The translations under genes and the position numbers were made by a program. The notes beneath the pieces are model-generated. The model searched no databases and was not told where the DNA came from. It was given only the letters and a program-made list of their open reading frames with translations. From sequence record PV112478.1: a stretch of DNA of 64,000 nt. One strand, 5' to 3'. Of the stretch, positions 62,011 to 64,000 are shown piece by piece; the stretch's first letter is position 1; every line of letters begins with the position of its first letter.

Positions 62011-64000
62011 TTAAAGGGAAGTCGGTGGATTCAGGACCGCAAATTGATTGTTGGGTAAAGGCATGAAAACTTCTTTGGACCCTAAGTTACAAATAGTACG
62101 TCCTACGCGCAGATCGGTGTCCAACGTAGTCATGTCAGCGGTTTCGTCGATCGCCCAAGCGGAACCGGAATATTTATAACTTTGACGAGAGATCACATCG
62201 ACAATACTATAAACCAAACCACCGAAGGTAGTAGGCGTAAAGATCAGCGAATCTTTACCATTGACGATAAACCCACCCATGTTCGCAAAAGCGGATGAAC
62301 TGAAGGTCACCGAACTCACGTCAACCGTGACGGTCGTAGAGGCTACGGTCACGGACATACTGGTCCCGGATTTCGTACAGGTAACCTGAATAGAGGAACC
62401 CGTTAACGCCGCGATTGCAACGTCACTTCCTTTGGTCCAAGTACCGGCGATATACGTACCGAGATAGACCGCACCGTTTTTAAAGAAGATACCGGCGTAA
62501 TTGTCATTACCGCTAGTGTCTTGATAGTAACCGAAAATAAACCCAGGTACTGAAGTACCCGTCGCCACATCTACATACCCTTTCTGGGAGTAAGTAGAAG
62601 GCGCCGCAATCAACAATGCCGATACTTTATCCGCGGCCTGTAACGGAGAAGTCAACGTACGCAGGGTAGCATCCCACGTTTTGTTAATCCCCGTTGAATA
62701 CGTTACCGCCGCATCGAGTAGCCCGCCGGCCGGGAACCCGGTCGTGAGTTTAGCGATATAACTCGGCTGGCAGGAATAATCACGAACGATTACGTTGTTC
62801 TTAATAGCCGTCACCACACCTGCGGGATCGACGTATTTCTGAGTGACGGTACCGGCGGCGTTCTCTGCACTTGAGGCAAAGCCGGCATTAACCACGTTTC
62901 CTAAGCCTACATCCGCTGCCGTTAAGTTAGTCCCTTGTTCAATCGCTTGGTCGACATAAATTTTCGCAGCATTGGTCCACCAATACGCAATTCCCGCTGG
63001 AGTGGTATAGAGGTTGGCGGCAGTCCCTAAAACGGTTTGGTCGTTCGTTGCCGTTCCGTAGTTCTGAACGTTACCTAACCCGACTTGCGCCGCGGTTACA
63101 CTGTGCGGATTATTTTTATCTAGTAAGTGCGCTGCCAGCGGTTGGTCAGTTGAGTTTGTCAACATCAGGTTGGCCAGATACGGGGTCAGTAAAGTCGTTT
63201 TACTCACACCCGCTAACGCTTCTTCTTCCGTTGCTGTGGTGTAGTTAGGGACATTCCCCAAGCCCACTTGTGCTTTAGTGACGCCATGCGGGTTATTGGT
63301 GTTCGTGGTGTGGAACTCCATGATACCCGGAACCAGCGCGTTTGCCAGAATCCTGCCGCCCGACGGGGTCAGGTACAGGTTATCCGCTACCCCTGCCGAA
63401 GATTCGAGGGTGTTCGCAACACGGTAGTTTTGTACCAGATCTAACCCAACTTGGGCTTTATTCACCTTGTGCGGGTTACTGTCGTCGTTCTCGTGCGCTT
63501 CCAGTAACGGCAAGTAAATTGCCTGGAATTGCTGAGACGTTCTTAAAGACGTCATGTAGTACGTATTATCTGTACCGCCTTCTGCCTGCTCTTTATTCGC
63601 CGGAACCAGATTACCCAGATCGTCAATACCCAAATCGGCCAATGTGATTTTGTGTGGGTTGTTGTGGTCGGCAATGTGTTCTAGCAAAGATTGCATGGCT
63701 TTATTAAAGCCGGCAGATTGTGCATCAGAAAGCGAATAGATCGCAGAAATCACTTCGCTGAAGCCCGTCATGTCATCAACGTCATGACGGTGGGCGATAG
63801 TCGGGAATTCCGTTGGGAGATCAACCACGGCACCCCATTGCAAGGAACGCGGGTCTTGCGCTTTGTTCGCCATGAGCTGGAGAATTTTATTCTCGTCTAA
63901 ACAGAATTCTCCCCCTAGGGTGTGGTATTCAATTTCGATATTGGCGCTGAGTGATTTATCGTTAAAGACAATCGCACCGTAGACCGGTAACTGACTTCCA
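62011..64000 (-). CDS. Baseplate/tail fibre protein with NPH repeats (5' end beyond the window)
   Basis: The frame stays open from 63873 to the window edge (GSQLPVYGAIVFNDK...EYHTLGGEF, paralogous to YQCVGGPY of 60643..61998); four NPH repeats plus a partial fifth. Confidence 0.82.
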   Translation of the reverse strand, partial: GSQLPVYGAIVFNDKSLSANIEIEYHTLGGEFCLDENKILQLMANKAQDPRSLQWGAVVDLPTEFPTIAHRHDVDDMTGFSEVISAIYSLSDAQSAGFNKAMQSLLEHIADHNNPHKITLADLGIDDLGNLVPANKEQAEGGTDNTYYMTSLRTSQQFQAIYLPLLEAHENDDSNPHKVNKAQVGLDLVQNYRVANTLESSAGVADNLYLTPSGGRILANALVPGIMEFHTTNTNNPHGVTKAQVGLGNVPNYTTATEEEALAGVSKTTLLTPYLANLMLTNSTDQPLAAHLLDKNNPHSVTAAQVGLGNVQNYGTATNDQTVLGTAANLYTTPAGIAYWWTNAAKIYVDQAIEQGTNLTAADVGLGNVVNAGFASSAENAAGTVTQKYVDPAGVVTAIKNNVIVRDYSCQPSYIAKLTTGFPAGGLLDAAVTYSTGINKTWDATLRTLTSPLQAADKVSALLIAAPSTYSQKGYVDVATGTSVPGFIFGYYQDTSGNDNYAGIFFKNGAVYLGTYIAGTWTKGSDVAIAALTGSSIQVTCTKSGTSMSVTVASTTVTVDVSSVTFSSSAFANMGGFIVNGKDSLIFTPTTFGGLVYSIVDVISRQSYKYSGSAWAIDETADMTTLDTDLRVGRTICNLGSKEVFMPLPNNQFAVLNPPTSL

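Overview
This window is part of a nucleus-forming (phiKZ/SPN3US-like, Chimalliviridae-type) jumbo myophage genome, probably infecting an Enterobacterales host. The family assignment rests on motif recognition and recalled gene order, not a database search. (1) 1-16.9 kb is a receptor-binding locus of eight tailspike/depolymerase genes, one cut by the window edge. Six share an N-terminal KI(S/T)EL...LR..FENA(F/Y) module and two carry Kuttervirus TSP3-like heads. Six of the eight genes sit behind a hairpin/T-tract/TATGA expression module. (2) 17-22 kb holds small accessory genes, most of them bracketed by a 33-nt direct repeat. (3) 22-41 kb is the conserved head/virion block: prohead protease, an ART-like protein, virion RNA polymerase subunits (small, beta-N, beta'-catalytic), a 2194-aa tape-measure/lytic transglycosylase and a baseplate-type protein. 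(4) 41-59 kb contains a degenerate HNH-like gene, vRNAP beta-C, a SLOG protein, UvsX, RNase H, virion proteins and an SbcC/Rad50 ATPase. (5) 59-64 kb encodes a central spike and NPH-repeat fibre proteins. No tRNA, rRNA, CRISPR array, integrase or intron/intein was seen. The best candidate for an undescribed system is a hierarchical branched tailspike apparatus: six anchor paralogs, hubs with XD-like branching modules, and dependent TSP3-headed spikes, encoded as separately expressed cassettes.
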